This document shows, piece after piece, positions 1-13,688 of a stretch of 64,000 bases of DNA; the stretch's first letter is position 1; the number at the start of each line of letters is the position of its first letter. Location: positions 310,001 to 374,000 of the forward strand of contig JBEWZL010000101.1 of the NCBI GenBank assembly GCA_045837725.1, in the 5' to 3' direction. The position numbers were made by a program, and so were the translations under genes. The stretch is from Vermamoeba vermiformis (Eukaryota). The notes beneath the pieces were generated by a model. It was not told the origin of the DNA, did not search any database, and saw nothing but the letters and a program-made list of their open reading frames with translations.

Positions 1-235
1 TCCAAGCTACTTCTTCGCGTGGCTTATCTTGTCGTGGAGGAGGTCTACCACGTTGCGTGTCACCTCTGCTGGGATTCGATCGTCCTCGACCACCATTTGC
101 TTCATTATTATTCGCTTGATATTCATTATTGCTATTATAATAATTGTCATTGCCGCGACCTCGTCCTCGACCTCTGTTGCCTCTTCCTCGACCAGATCCA
201 CGCCCTCTGTTACTGCTTGGGCCGTCCTTCTCCAT
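1..235 (-). CDS. RG/RGG-rich N-terminus of a probable RNA-binding protein (runs off window)
   Basis: ATG at 235; reads MEKDGPSSNRGRGSGRGRGNRGRGRGRG...EEVAW, open to the window edge. An intron acceptor at ~253 means an upstream exon is possible. Confidence 0.65.
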   Translation of the reverse strand, partial: MEKDGPSSNRGRGSGRGRGNRGRGRGRGNDNYYNSNNEYQANNNEANGGRGRSNPSRGDTQRGRPPPRQDKPREEVAW

Positions 236-616
236 AATGGTCTTTCTAATACCTAAAATTAGCAATTAGTAATTTATTAAAAATATTTTGGGCCTAATTA
301 AGAACCAAACGAAAGGAGAGACAGATGCCGCTACTGGCTAGCTCCGTGTTTAATTAAAACATAGAATAAACCTTTTTTGAAATACGTCGTACTTTAAAAT
401 AAGTAGAGTACGCCTACTGTTCAACAAAAGCTTGATCCAGCTCTTGCGTAATTACAGATGCAGTTTTTCAAACGGCTTGAAAGTGTCCGCACGGTGCAAT
501 AACCGATGGAGACAAATCTTTCAAACGTTTAGGGTGCACCGATCTTGAAAAATCGAATAAATTAGTTTTCGAGACACTTTTTGATTCTCTTTTACCAGCG
601 ACACTGAACAACACAG

Positions 617-1882
617 ATGGACGCGCAAATTAAACAATTTTTGGAAGCTAACGCTCCCCACTTCGAAGTAGCCGTCGAAGGCAAATCTGTAAGCTTAAAT
701 TTTACGCACGTGTAATTCTGTCTTCTCGATCCACAAAAACGTGGGATCGAGGTCTCCGCACTGGTCAAATTAATACTTGACCTCTCGGACAATATGCACG
801 ATCGTACTTTCTTCCTATTTTTCCTTACATATTTACTAAATTTTGTTCTCTAATTTTTCTACATCCAATCAGATCCGATGCAAGCTTACAAATCACGAAA
901 TGCCAATGCGCATCGATGTCCTGAACAAACATATTGAGGGAAAGAAGTATAAACATATGGTAAGTCTTATTTTTATTGCGGGAAGCCATTAGAAAACCCA
1001 AATTTTTTCGGGATCTGAGTCTTGTCTGCGCCACGGCACGATTTTTATAAATTACCAAGCGTCAGAATATTCAATAATAAGCTCATTAATGAATTAAATC
1101 ACAATAACGTAACCATTACAAATTATTGTAACCGCCCACAAACTTTTTTGGTTGGATCTGGTGTGATTCTAACGTTCTCGTAATTCTGTAGAGAGACTGG
1201 TACACGCAAGACTTCACAAAATACGAGCCCTATATTGTGCCACATAGAACTAATGTGTAAGTGCAAATATCAAATAATGTAGCATCAATCCAACATCTAA
1301 CTCTCGATCAGAAAACTGCTCTATTGCAACGTTACAAAAATGGAATTAAACAAGATTCCCGAAGAAATTGAGGCACATATTAATGGAAGAAGATACAAAA
1401 AGCTGCTAGGTAAGCTTTTGCACCATAAATCCGGATACGAATCCAGATCTCCGTACTAACCCACGCGTTTAGAAATATTCACCGCCAGATATAACAAATA
1501 CAACAAACCTCTGGCAGAAGGCGAAGAGCAGTTCATTGTAGAGTCTTCAGAGGAAGAAGCAGACGATCAAGATCAACGGTCAGATGAAGAAATGTCCGAT
1601 GTCGACGGAGAATTAGAAGAAGAAGACTCTGACTTTGAAGTCGTGCCCACGAGTGATAACTTTGAGGCTATTGGCTCAGCTAAAAAAGCCGAAGATGACG
1701 ATTTCGATTTCAGCGTAGTGGCTAATGGTAATGCCGGAAACGACGATGCTATGGACGAAGACGAAGACATGCAAGGTCCTGCTGCTAAGAAACAGAAGAT
1801 TAGCCAACAGAATAGCAAAGCTACAAGTAACGGCAACAGTAACAACAACAGCCGAAAGCGAAAAAAACCGCAACAAAATTAA
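617..1882 (+). CDS. SURF2: Surfeit locus protein 2 homolog (5 exons)
   Basis: Spliced IRCKLTNHEMP..HIEGKKY, FTKYEPYIVP, LYCNVT..LNKIPEEIEAHINGRRY, then an acidic/basic tail. Confidence 0.88.
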
Positions 1883-1984
1883 ATACCAAAAAAACTAATA
1901 TAAACACCCTTGCGAAATAAAACTTGTATAGAAACCTTTTAAAACTACGTAATTATGTTATCTACACGCAAAAAGGATTTTATT

Positions 1985-4160
1985 TTACACATCAACATGA
2001 CCAAAAAATTGAGCGACGTCGTCCATGCTCAGCACTTGAATGCTCAAATCATCGTGCAGCTGTACTTGCACTGTGCCCTTAGAGTTGTCGCGCTCCATAA
2101 GAGTGCCCGTGTGACCCTTATGAGGACCCACTAGGACCTTAATAACGCCACCAGTCGCGGGCATAACAGTCTCAATGTGCTTCGGATCCACGTCGTCCAA
2201 TACACGATCGTACTCTTCTAACACAACACTGCACTTGTTGCCAGGAAGTATGTCGAGCACACGACCCTTCATGCCATAGTACTTGCCGTCACGATACGAC
2301 TTGCTGTTAATTTTGACGCGGATCTCAGTCGTGACCCAGTTCGGGGCAGGAGTCGAAGCTGAAGCACTGGACGAAGATGACTTGTGCTTGCTGTCCGAGC
2401 CATGCTTGTCGCTGTGCTTGCTGTCGTGCCTGTCGCTCTTTGACGACGATGCCTTGTCTCTGTCGTACTCGTAGTCGTCTGTTCGCCGCTTCTTATCCTT
2501 GTGCCTCGTGTCGTCGTCTTTGTGCCGACTGCTACTGCTGCTGTGCTTGTCCTTGTGTCTGTCACTATGAGTGTCGTCATCCTTCTGTAGGGCCGGATGA
2601 TCCTTGCCAAGTTTTCTCGGATCCACAACAGTCAAGTCTTCGTGGCTAACGATCATCTCGTCTGTCTGACCGACAATCTTAATCAGTGATTTCTCACCGC
2701 CAAGTTGTGTGATCTTCGCGTAGAGGCCGTCGTAGGGACCAGATACAATGCCAACTAACGCGCCGTTCTTGAAGCCTTTCTGTTGTGCCGCGGCTGAAGG
2801 TTGTCCAATCATGGCTGTGATGTTCATTCGGCCCTTCTTTTTCGGGTCAATCATAGGGGCAGGCGCAGCTCCCAAACCCAATCGGTGGTGTCGTTTCTCG
2901 GGTTCCCAAACTTTTGTAATTCTGGGGAGAAGATTGGTTAGAACAGTTTAAAAGATATGAAGATAAAATAAAAGGAAATTGTGTTGTCAAATAGTCTCAG
3001 GAAGGGACCTGCTAAATCCCCACGGCCAGGTTTTTTCTTCCGAGTGCTTTGCACCTCCCGACTAACAATACACCAACACAGCACGTCCTCATCTTTGCAG
3101 ACCAGTCCGCACCGCCTTGGTGCCTCGCTAGTCGAGAAAATGCCACCGAGCACGTCAGTGCAAGGATGATAGTATCTTCATTGTTATTTGACAACAAACT
3201 AGATCTATTTATGTGTTGAAAAAATACTTACTTTCCGCCAATGGCAGCGCCGGGCGACCAGCCCATACCACGCAACAATGCCTCGCCGAACTGATCTACG
3301 GGCACGGCGTCGTATTCCTGTGATGTTGCGCTCTCAGGTCGTCGTTCCAAATCAAACTTGAACTTGGCTGCTTCGTCGTTGAGGTCGTGAATTCCAGCGG
3401 GAAGATTTCTGAGGATTGGTGGAATGGTCGAAACATCGCGGCCAGCAGAGGTCTTGACGGCTTCTTTTTGTGCTTGCAAACGTTGCTTGGCCTGTCGTTT
3501 GGCCACCTCATCGTCGTCCTCGTCTTGTAGACCATAGCCCTCGACTTTGGTTCCTGTCGCGACGGATCCATCGCCAAAAGTCTCTGTTGCTTGAGAAGTG
3601 CCTTCTTCCCTGATCACGACTTCTGAGACCGGTTTTTCCTCGGGAGTTTGTTCAGCCTTTATAAGGTCTATAATAAAAAAAAGACTGGTTGGAAGTTTAT
3701 TCGTAACGTTCATACTAAAAAAAATTATCGAAGGTTAACAATCAAACCCTTCGATAACGTGATCTTCGAAAGAAAAAATTATAATTAATTCCAATATTGC
3801 GTGTAATATTATAATAAAATATTTCTGTGATTATTGAAACGTCCATAATAATTTTGAATTTTGGGATAATTCTTAGCGGATGCAATACTTACCATTCTGA
3901 TCGCCAGGCAGTGCCCTCCAACCGTGTGAAAGTGGGATTACGAGAGGTCCTTTTTTCTCCCTTGGTTTAGCACTAACGAGCTTATTGCCGGACATACCGG
4001 TAATGTAATCTCGCTCGGGCTTTTCGTCATCTTCGCTTAGTGGTTTACGAATGAACGGTGTTTGTTTGGCGGGTTTAAGATTTAAACTGAACGATACTTT
4101 TTGTTCGTTAGGCTTGTCATTACTGCCACCATTAGATTGACCGTTGTTGGATGTGTCCAT
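1985..4160 (-). CDS. GPKOW: G-patch and KOW domain splicing factor (Spp2/MOS2 family)
   Basis: YDAVPVDQFGEALLRGMGW G-patch, GLGA motif, C-terminal KOW repeats (VLVGPHKGHTGTL). Confidence 0.9.
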
Positions 4161-4326
4161 TGTTCAAAAATGTCTATATACAAGCACCAAAATCAGCAGA
4201 ATTTACCTCCTATTGACTTTGGCTCGGACAACGCAATAAAATTGCCGTAGAAATCGCAAAGAAAACTTTTACCAAAATTTGACCGCCAAAAAGTTTGACA
4301 GGCAAAACGGGTTTGGATCTGGCAGT

Positions 4327-6269
4327 TTATTTCGGGTCCAAGACATCGAACATATCTTTAGTGGTAGTAAATTTAACGTAAGGTCTATTAAACTTTTCAC
4401 CACGCTTCTTTTCTTCTGCCTCAATCTTCTCCCAATCTTCAAACTTGACAACGCGGATGCCGCGCTTGGACAGAATATCCAACACTGGCGCACTTCCCTG
4501 CTTGCTCTCATTCTTCGAAATTTCGCCACTACTGAGATCGCCTTGAATTGTATTTACAGTTTCGATCGCGTCTTCCAAGTTAGTTCCTACAGTAGATTGT
4601 TAGAGGAAATAAGAGATAGGGGGCCTTATAAGACGACGTACCTATAATTCCAGTTGGTCCTCGCTTTAACCAGCCACAAACATAGACGCCAGACAGATCT
4701 GCATTGTTCACTCGTCCTGCCATGTTCGCGACAACTCCGGCTCGCTTATCGAACGGCAGATCGGCGTCAAAATTAATTGAGCGATAACCAATAGATCTGA
4801 ACGCCAAATGGGCAGGAACAACTTCTTTCTTGCCACTGAAATCTGCGCGTTGATTATTTGCTGGTCCACTCAACGTGTTAACTCCGAGAACGATGGAACC
4901 AATGCTCTTAGGATCATCTTTGGCCGGCAAAAACTCTAACGGACTCTTTAAGAAATGCAAAATTACTGTCTTCTTGGATGGATCTGCTGGAGCCTTTGAT
5001 TCTATTGGTCCAATGTTAGACCATGTAATTAGACGATACTGATATATTACCTTCAGCTATTTGCTTCAATAGATCGAATTGACGCTTCTTTGGTCGTTGT
5101 TGCAACTCTTCTTTGTCTGCTTCAGTCAAGTTGATTTCGTCTGCTAAGATGACACGACAATTCTTCATCTTATGCTATAATATGAACGATAGAGCTATTA
5201 GTATATCATAAGAGCCACCTATATTACATACAATCTCACGAAGTTCTTTAGTTGTAAATGCTGCTTGCACTGGCCCTCGTCTTCCAACCACGTGCACCTC
5301 CCTGTTGAAGGTTAATAAATTATAAGTAGTTAGTCTTGATGCGTACCTTATCTTGCTTTGTGACAAGACCTCGATAGCTTCTTCTGAAATATCGGTGTTC
5401 TTAAGCTCGTCAATGTCTTGACACAGAATTCTAGCTGCGTCAATAGCGACATTTCCGTTGCCAAAAATATACACTCCTGTACTTGAAAACAGCTCTGGTG
5501 AAATAATTCGTCGAATAAAGTCTGTTTCTCGTTGTAAATTTCTGTCGTGCGTGTCGATGGCTTGTTTGGAGTGGTTTATCAAGGGATAGGCGTTGTACCA
5601 ATTGACAAAATGTCGCGCACTATAGACGCCAGTAAGATCCTCTCCATTAATACCTAATTGCCTATCCTCGCTAGCTCCATAGCATAATACTACAATGTCG
5701 TAATGTTGGCGGAGCTCTGAGACGCGGATGTCAATTCCAACGGTCACATTGCCAAAATAGTTAATCGTCGGATCTGTCTTGAACATATGCGACATTCTAT
5801 CGCTAATAGGCTTCTTAATTTCAGGGTGATCTATAAATGAACTCACCGTTAATAGGAAGTCGTGCGGCAGTTTCATTATTGAAACGGAATAAAAATTACA
5901 CCGAGAATCTGAAATACATCCAAACTAATTTTAAATAATTAAATATGCTTAGAAATTACATATGACTTGGTAAAATTTCCGAATGGTCGTTCTGAAATTG
6001 CTAAAATTATTCAACTTACCAGGAGCGACACCGTAACGCACTAAACCAAAAGGCGTCGGTAATCTTTCATAAAAATCTATTTTTGCATCGTGGCTAATTT
6101 TCTTTTTAATTTCTTCGGCTGTATAAAGGGCGGCAGGTCCAGATCCGACAATGCAGCAATGGTATTCGGCCTTTTGAGGCTTTGTTTTGGAATTAAATAC
6201 ACTATTATAGCATCTCCTTGTTGTTTTGAAATTTAAGCATCGCGTGAGTGTTGACACGGATCGCAGCAT
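4327..6269 (-). CDS. FDXR: Mitochondrial NADPH:adrenodoxin (ferredoxin) reductase
   Basis: [46 protein letters not shown]; presequence-like [10 protein letters not shown]. Confidence 0.93.
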
Positions 6270-6478
6270 TTTTGCGAATGATTTTGTTTTAATTTCAACG
6301 GTGTTTTTAGCTGACAACTGAGGCGCTAATTAGCACACAAGAGCTACGTAGTCATTAAGCTAAGTGCTTTATATATTTTGAAACGACGCACGAGGAACAC
6401 GCGAGCTCGCGCCAGATCTACCATCAGTTGAACTCACGCATATTTTACAACAAATAAGACGTTAATAGCAACTAAAGG

Positions 6479-9053
6479 ATGTTTAGATTATGCACCAATA
6501 TAATTCGAAATGCTAGTGAGTTCAGTAGCGGTTCGATCAGCTCGATCACCAGATCCACACTTTCTTTGGTTAGTTTAGGTATGAAAATTAATTAATTACC
6601 ACCACGATTTATGTTTAAATATATTTGTCATTGTAATCTCACTCATTTATTTTTCGTAATTATTTGTAATAATATTTTTTATTGAAATTTAGAGAGATCA
6701 CGAAGCTACGCCACTGCCATCAAGCGTACCAAAGCTTCCACTACAAAAGTTAGTGGACTGCTCAAACCAAGCAAAGTAAAATCGAAACCGGGCCTAGTCA
6801 AAGTCAAGAAATCAAGCAAAACAGTCAAATCCAAAAAACCGATCACAAAACAAGCAGCGCTGACAAAAGTCGTCAATATAGCCGATGCTGAAGATCACCC
6901 CGAAGAAGGACATACCGTTAAGAACCTTCCACTAGTCAACGATCATCTCGCAGTACCTCACATGACCGATGCTGATCGACAACACGATCTCGTACAAATT
7001 CTGCGTAAATTCACTGACTTGCGTGAGCCTCATCTATGGTTTCCTGTTGCTCGCGACATGAAAAGAAAGATTATTATTCATGCTGGACCGACTAACAGTG
7101 GCAAGACTTACCACGCCTTGCAACAATTAATGGATGCTGAAACTGGAACTTACTGCGCTCCCTTAAGGTATATTATTCCTTTTTAAGACTTATACATGAT
7201 TACTTACAATATTTTTAAGGCTACTGGCGCACGAGGTTTACGATAAGTTAACGTAAGATCCGGATTTGGTTTAATTTTAACGCAAGAAAACTCGCTAATT
7301 TTATTATAGCGCCAAGGGAATCACAGCGAATCTTATCACCGGTCAAACAGTCATCAAGCACGCCAAATCCCGACACATTGCCTGCACGATGGAAATGCTC
7401 GATATTAACAAGCCGATTGACGTTTGTGTGCTCGACGAGTATCAAATGATCGGCGATGCTACGCGAGGCTGGGCATGGACCCGTGCTCTGCTCGGAGTTC
7501 CCGCCAAAGAAATTCATTTGACCGGCGATGAGTCTGCTATCGGCCTCATCCGAGCCCTCGCTGCGCAAATGAACGAAGAAGTTGAAGTACGGAGCTACGA
7601 GCGGTTAAGCCCTCTATCCCCCGCCAGTAGTCCCTTCTTGGTACGTACATTATATTCGTAGTATTAACACGTGCTAATGTAGCCTTAGAACTATTCGGCA
7701 GTGAAGCCGGGTGACGCGTTCATAGCGTTCAGTCGCAAAGAATTGTACTCGATAAAAGCGTCCATCGAGCGTGCCAAGTGTTGCATGGTCTACGGTGATT
7801 TGCCGCCTGAAACTCGTGCTGAACAAGCGCGATTGTTTAACGATCCTAACAGCGGGTACAATGTGCTTGTAGGCACTGACGCGATTGGCATGGGCCTCAA
7901 TTTGTAAGTGATCATAATACTACTTTATTACTATAAGACTAACATATTGATAGGAATATTCGTCGAATTATCTTTTCTAAAGTTGAAAAATTTGACGGCG
8001 AGACCCGAAGGCAACTAAAAGTCAGCGAAGGTATCAACTAACTAATAATAGTATAGTATATTATATGATCTAATATGATTTAATTAGTGAAACAAATCGC
8101 GGGTCGAGCAGGTCGTTACGGCAGTATTTACGACAGTGGCGTGGTGACAGCAATGGACAAACAGGCCTTGAAATACATTCGCGCCAAATTACAAACTGAA
8201 ACCACTCCTATTCACGTAAGATATGATGGACCTTATTTATTTTATTCTGGATGACTGATTTGACACGTGTCATTGTAGCGTGCCGGAATTTTCCCGCTGT
8301 TCGATCAAATTGTCATGTTCGATCAGTTTTCACAGAACAAACTCAAATTCTCCGAAGTATTAGTAAGCATTAATAAGATCTATAATAATATTAAATAAGA
8401 CTAACTGGAATACTACAGGAATATTTTATGAAAGTCGCGAGTATTTCGAACAAATATTTCTTGTGCAAGACTCGTGATATGGTGGTACGTCTTATTAATT
8501 AATATACGTATATTAATATAATCGATTTTAATTTCGAGGAATAATTTTTTAATTAATTGCCGCTAGGGAGTTGCAAAAGCGTTGGACAATATGACGATGG
8601 CTATTAAAGATCGTTACGTCTTTTGCATGGCCCCTGTAGATACTAAAAACCCAACTGTGTTATATTATCTTATAGTAGTAAGTAGTTAATATTATAATAA
8701 TATTATGAGCTTTATCGATTCTAATTTTGACAAACAGTTTGCGAAAAAATTTACCAGAGGAATTGTGCCTTGGACATTAAAGTCGAAGAAATTACCTGAT
8801 ATGGCAATTGAAGAATTAGAAACAATGTATAAAGTGTCGGAATTGTATATATGGCTCAGGTAAGCTTACCGTAAAAACAAACCTTCGGATGCAGATCTAA
8901 AAATATTTCATTAGTTATCGCTTTGAAGCAGAATTTACTGGAAGAACTAAAGCAATTGAATATAAGACGAAATGTAAAGAATTGATTGGCAAGAAATTAA
9001 TGCAAATGAAGTCAAAGAAAACTTTTATGGTCAACAATAAATTCCGGAACTGA
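6479..9053 (+). CDS. SUV3: Mitochondrial SUV3 RNA/DNA helicase
   Basis: HAGPTNSGKT, CAPLRLLA, DEYQMI, RGWAWTRALLG, TDAIGMGLNLNIRR, KQIAGRAGR across ~11 exons. Confidence 0.93.
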
Positions 9054-9347
9054 ACACAGGTAACATTTGTCATAGTACACTATAGTACATACACCAGCAA
9101 AATGACAGATCTGTAAAGACACCGATTCATTTAACTAGTGGTACTAAATAGTGCAAACTTCTTCAGTCCTAATTTGCAAGCGGATCTTGATTTGAACAAA
9201 AATTTTGGCGGTGTTTTATTCCAGGAACCACAGTAATACATTTATTTCTCGCCTTGTTTCTTTCTTCTTCGATAATTCTTGTCAATTAATTTGCATTTTA
9301 TGTCTCTACTAAACAATTTTTACATGATACTTATATACTAGGGGTTA

Positions 9348-10611
9348 TTAACGTTTTCTATTATTGAATTCTTGGATCAACTTATCGGCCAATTCTTCTG
9401 TTTTAAGGCTAGTGATATCTGGTAGCGTAATCTTAGGACAAACGCTCTCATGCTTTTCAGTGCCATAAAATTCAGCCAAAAAAGGATGTTTCAGCGCTTC
9501 AGCTGCGCTAATTCTTTTCTTCGGATTGACATGCAATAATTTTTGTAGCAGATCCAACGCTTCTTTTGGTGCACTCGAAAACTTTTGTGATACTGGTATA
9601 TGTGGCACGCTACTATTTCGGAGCATTCCGCGGCTATCAGGTGCTTCAACTGCATCCAGATCTTCATCGGTTGCCTGGCCGATAAATTCTATTATCGCTC
9701 GCAATTGACCTGAAAGGTTGAGTCCCATAAACAAAGGCCTTCGTAATAATAATTCGCCTAATATGCAGCCAACTGCCCACATGTCGCAAGCAGATGTGTA
9801 GCTGAAAAACCCCGTTGGTACACTCGATAGAAAACACTTAATACTTACGTTGTTGATCTTAATAGTAATTCTGGTGCATAATAAGCTTCTTTACGAGGTG
9901 TAAAATAGGTTATCGTCATTGCTTTCTTCGGCTCGTCTTTGAAAATGAAATTGCCGAATCTGGTCAGCTTTACGTTGAAATTTTCATCGATCAAAACGCT
10001 CTCAGGCTAGAAATGTAATTAATATTTACTTATGTAAGCTATTTTTTTCAATGTTACTTACGCTCAAGTTCAACAGGATCAGATCTGCGCTGTGTATTAA
10101 TTTTACTGCTTTGAGCAGTTGATACAAGATACAACGAATATTATGGTCGGTACAAATAGGTTCCTTTCTAAGCATTTGTGATATATTCATTTCTAAAAGT
10201 CCGTTAGAAACGTTAGTCCAAGTCTTTAAATTTAGCAGGATTTAGGGATCGGTTACAATTCGATTAAAAAAATAGTAGAAAATTGAATCGTACCCATATA
10301 TTCATATACTACATATGCGCTTGTTCCATCTTGACCTTTGATAATTTTCTGAATTTTTCTAATATTTTCTTGTCGCAGTTCTTCAGTGAGCAGAATAGCG
10401 CCCATTTGATTCCTCAAATCAAAGTCTTCATATAATTTAATAGCTACATTTTGCTTAGTATGCTTATCGATGCATTTCCAGAAGCATTCTCGGCGAGTCT
10501 AACGTTAGATCTGGTCAGAATTTAATTTTCTATTTCATTGAACTAGCTCACCAGTTCCAAACGATCTACAACTTCGTAGTTGTCTAATATATACTGGTCG
10601 ATACGTTCCAT
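9348..10611 (-). CDS. MAPK/CMGC-like kinase fold, probably a pseudokinase
   Basis: VAIK, LYQLLKAV..IHSA, YYAPELLL, DMWAVGCILGELL, RISAAEALKHPF present; HRD and DFG replaced. Confidence 0.8.
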
Positions 10612-10751
10612 GTGGTCCAGTCTTTAGCGTAAAGTTCAATCAACAAAATTGCTGCTAGATAACAAGGGCACAAAAATTCTGTTAAACGTCGAAGACATTT
10701 ATCATTAATAAGAAATATGAGTATTGGGTAATCAACTCAAAAGGGCATTTA

Positions 10752-13688
10752 TTATTTGGTTTTGTTTCTTGAACGCATCCACAACACGACACTAACTGTT
10801 ACAATTAGACCGACACTAGCTGCTCCAATAAGCAAAGATTGTGCAATGGATCTACGGTCTTCATTTTTGATTAATTTGCGGTTCTTTTGGTGATCCGCCT
10901 CTTGATCTGCTTTGCCTGAAGTTAATTTGTTGATTTCAACTTCGAAAAATTCGAGCAGTTTTTGTTTGGGGTTATTGCCAGGATATTTAAAGTTTAAAAA
11001 CGGTTCAACGAAGTCTTTGAAATACGCTTCGGTCATTAACGACTCATCAGTTTCAATCGCTACCTCCTGTAAGGTAGTCAAATACTGACGAATGGCGTCA
11101 TTAGTTGCAATAGGCTCCAATCCTCGGGCAACTTCGATATAAAAATCACTCTCAGCTGTTGAAGCGACATTGAAACAGGTCGGATCCAACTTAAGCATGT
11201 AGAGTCCGTACAATATAGCTTCTATTTTAAAAGCCTCATCCGTGGGCTTGTTGTTATGGTACTTCAGTGCTGTTGCTATTGAAATACTGCGTGCGATATC
11301 TGCAGCGGTCCGCAGCAGTGGAATTGATTCGAGGAATTTTTCCGCATCCGCATTAAATTTAGGAGACATAAAGATACGCTTAAGCCGATAAAAATCATTA
11401 ATATGGCTAAAAATCGCACTACTATAACAATATAATTACCTTTGCGTCACTTAAGTATTCCCTTCTTGAATCTGCCTTGAAAGCGTTTTTCCGTAATATT
11501 ATACGAACCAAAGTTTCTCTTTGCATGCTGGAAAATACATTAGTACCCGAAAATATATGATATTTAGAAATATGTATTGTGCTTACTTTAAGACTACCGT
11601 AAACATCGCTGTAACTAAGATCGGCAAATGATCATGAGTGTACGGCGGAGTTGCGTACTCATTTGACAGGCCGAATACGTCTTTAATCAGGTAACCAATG
11701 ATAATTTGTTTCCAAAAATGGGTAATCGGGACTTGTGCGTACGTGCCCGCTAATCAAATGGTCAATGTATGTAAAAAAGTAAAATCCAGGGCTTACAAAA
11801 CACCGCATGAAACGCTAAGAACTGCAAGGCCCACCCGTTCTTCTCGGACTTCAATACAAAGTGTTAATTTCCTAAAAAGGAAATAAATCTCAACGTACGT
11901 TAAAGGCAGCAGCAACTATTTCGTCTTTGTCTTGCTCAATAAAATAAATAATGCTTTGAATGTGCGGAATGCTAGTCTCTTGGAATAATTCGTCTAATTT
12001 TTCTTCAGCCGACATATTTTCGGAAGCCTACAAATCGACGATCGTTAGCGGATGTAGAGCCTACTCAATCCGAATGAAAACAATAATTAAAGTAGCTTAC
12101 CGTATCCAAGCCAAAAACTACCCAAAGCTCAGAAAGGAGTTTATCAATTTTAGGGTCCGCGATCCCTCTAAAGAGAGTTAATGGGTTCGTAATTTGATTA
12201 ACAGCGATGTTCGTACTTATCTAGTAGACCAAAAATAACTCGGAAAAAAGAGCATAAACCATATTGCCCCACAACCTGGCTATCAAACTTATCTTCTTCT
12301 CTCGCATAAGAATGCAAGAGCAGATGCTGAAACGAAGTAAGGTCTTTACATGAATCCGGTAGCGGATTGGAATCTGGACTTCCATTGTAAGCCCCTCTAC
12401 TACCATTAATCAATGCTTCGTATGTTTCTTGGTCTGAGTAACAAAGGAGGTGCGACTGTACTGAAAATAAATTATTCGTATTAATTTTCGCAGAATTTGG
12501 CTCAAATTATTTTCTTAGCCTTACGAATGAACGAGTAAAGTTGCTTGCTATCTGCTTGTCGATTTGATTGCTGATAACGCAGAATGTCGAACACGAATGG
12601 CGTAGCACCGAAGTTGACCTTCCACTCGCTTCCAACAAATTCGCAAGACACGATAGCATGCAGCGTTTTCAAATCGAGTAATTTACTGCCAAAATGGTCT
12701 TGCGCATGCTCCGAGACGACCTCGCCATTCTTGGTAAAGAAGATGGATTCCTTGTGGAAATTGATCCCGCATCCAACTACAAATTGCATCGTTAATGTTA
12801 CATTCTATTGCACGTCTCATTGATACTTACCGATGTCACCTTTGCCATAGGAAGGAGCTGTTAATTGGCGAAAGTCAATGCCAAGATAGATTGTGCCGTC
12901 TAAAGTATAAGCGTAAGAGCTTCTTGCGATGCCGGGTACTCCGCAGTACCTTTCTAGCGCTAAACCAATTGAAAGAACGACGCTATTGTAATAACATTAG
13001 CTATGATGATACTGTTAAGTCGAACTCCGTACTCTTGTGGATTTGTGCTGATAATCTCAAGCTCGAAATACGCAACGCTAGAAGAGCCGATCGGAAGAGG
13101 ATATAGAGGCAACACGCTTTGAAATGACTATTAATGCGTTAGTCACGACTTTCGGCTTTTCAGGTGCTGAGTTCACTTACTAAGCCCATTGATTCACCAG
13201 ATGCGTTCTCTGTATTCTTAGCAGGATTATACCGAAAATGATTAGGCACTACGTTTTCTAGGTATTCAACCACGGGCTCGTTATCCAGGTTGGCAATCAT
13301 TTTCCAAGGCAAAATTCTGTTTGAGTGGATCTTATTTGCGTAATAGGAGACGATTCTATATTCATCCTTCCAAGACACAAACCCATATGTAAATAAAAAG
13401 CGATCCTCGGCTCCTAAAGTAAGAGATCGCGAGCGTTAGCTGACATCCATTTCACTTTTAGCTTCAAAATAATTATTCAAAGATCTAAAAATAATTATTA
13501 CTACCTTCGGCACTCCGTAAACCCATTTTTAACAGTAGTCGTTGATAAAATCCATTTTGTTTCGAAAATAATCTTTGTGTGATCGTATTTACGCTTGCCA
13601 ATTGCACCACATCCTGTGCGGGCAAGTAAGACAATATTTCCAATACAATATCGTCAGGGCAAGTGAAAATATTCGCTGGTATTTCCAT
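10752..13688 (-). CDS. F-box + SPRY protein with a C-terminal transmembrane anchor (multi-exon)
   Basis: F-box PDDIVLEILSYL; SPRY motifs AYFELEI, VVGCGIN..IFFTKNG, VNFGATPFVFDI. Central exons splice in frame towards ORF 10752-11369, which ends LLIGAASVGLIVTVSVVLW + basic tail. Confidence 0.7.

Noticed and set aside
2591-2604. GGCCGGATGATCCT resembling the 5' end of tRNA-Sec
   Set aside because: Lies antisense within a GPKOW exon and no cloverleaf follows.
13097-13104. ATATCCTC on the minus strand, like an AT-AC U12 donor
   Set aside because: Inside an open SPRY exon (LPLYPLPIG..YFELEI) with no matching branch site.
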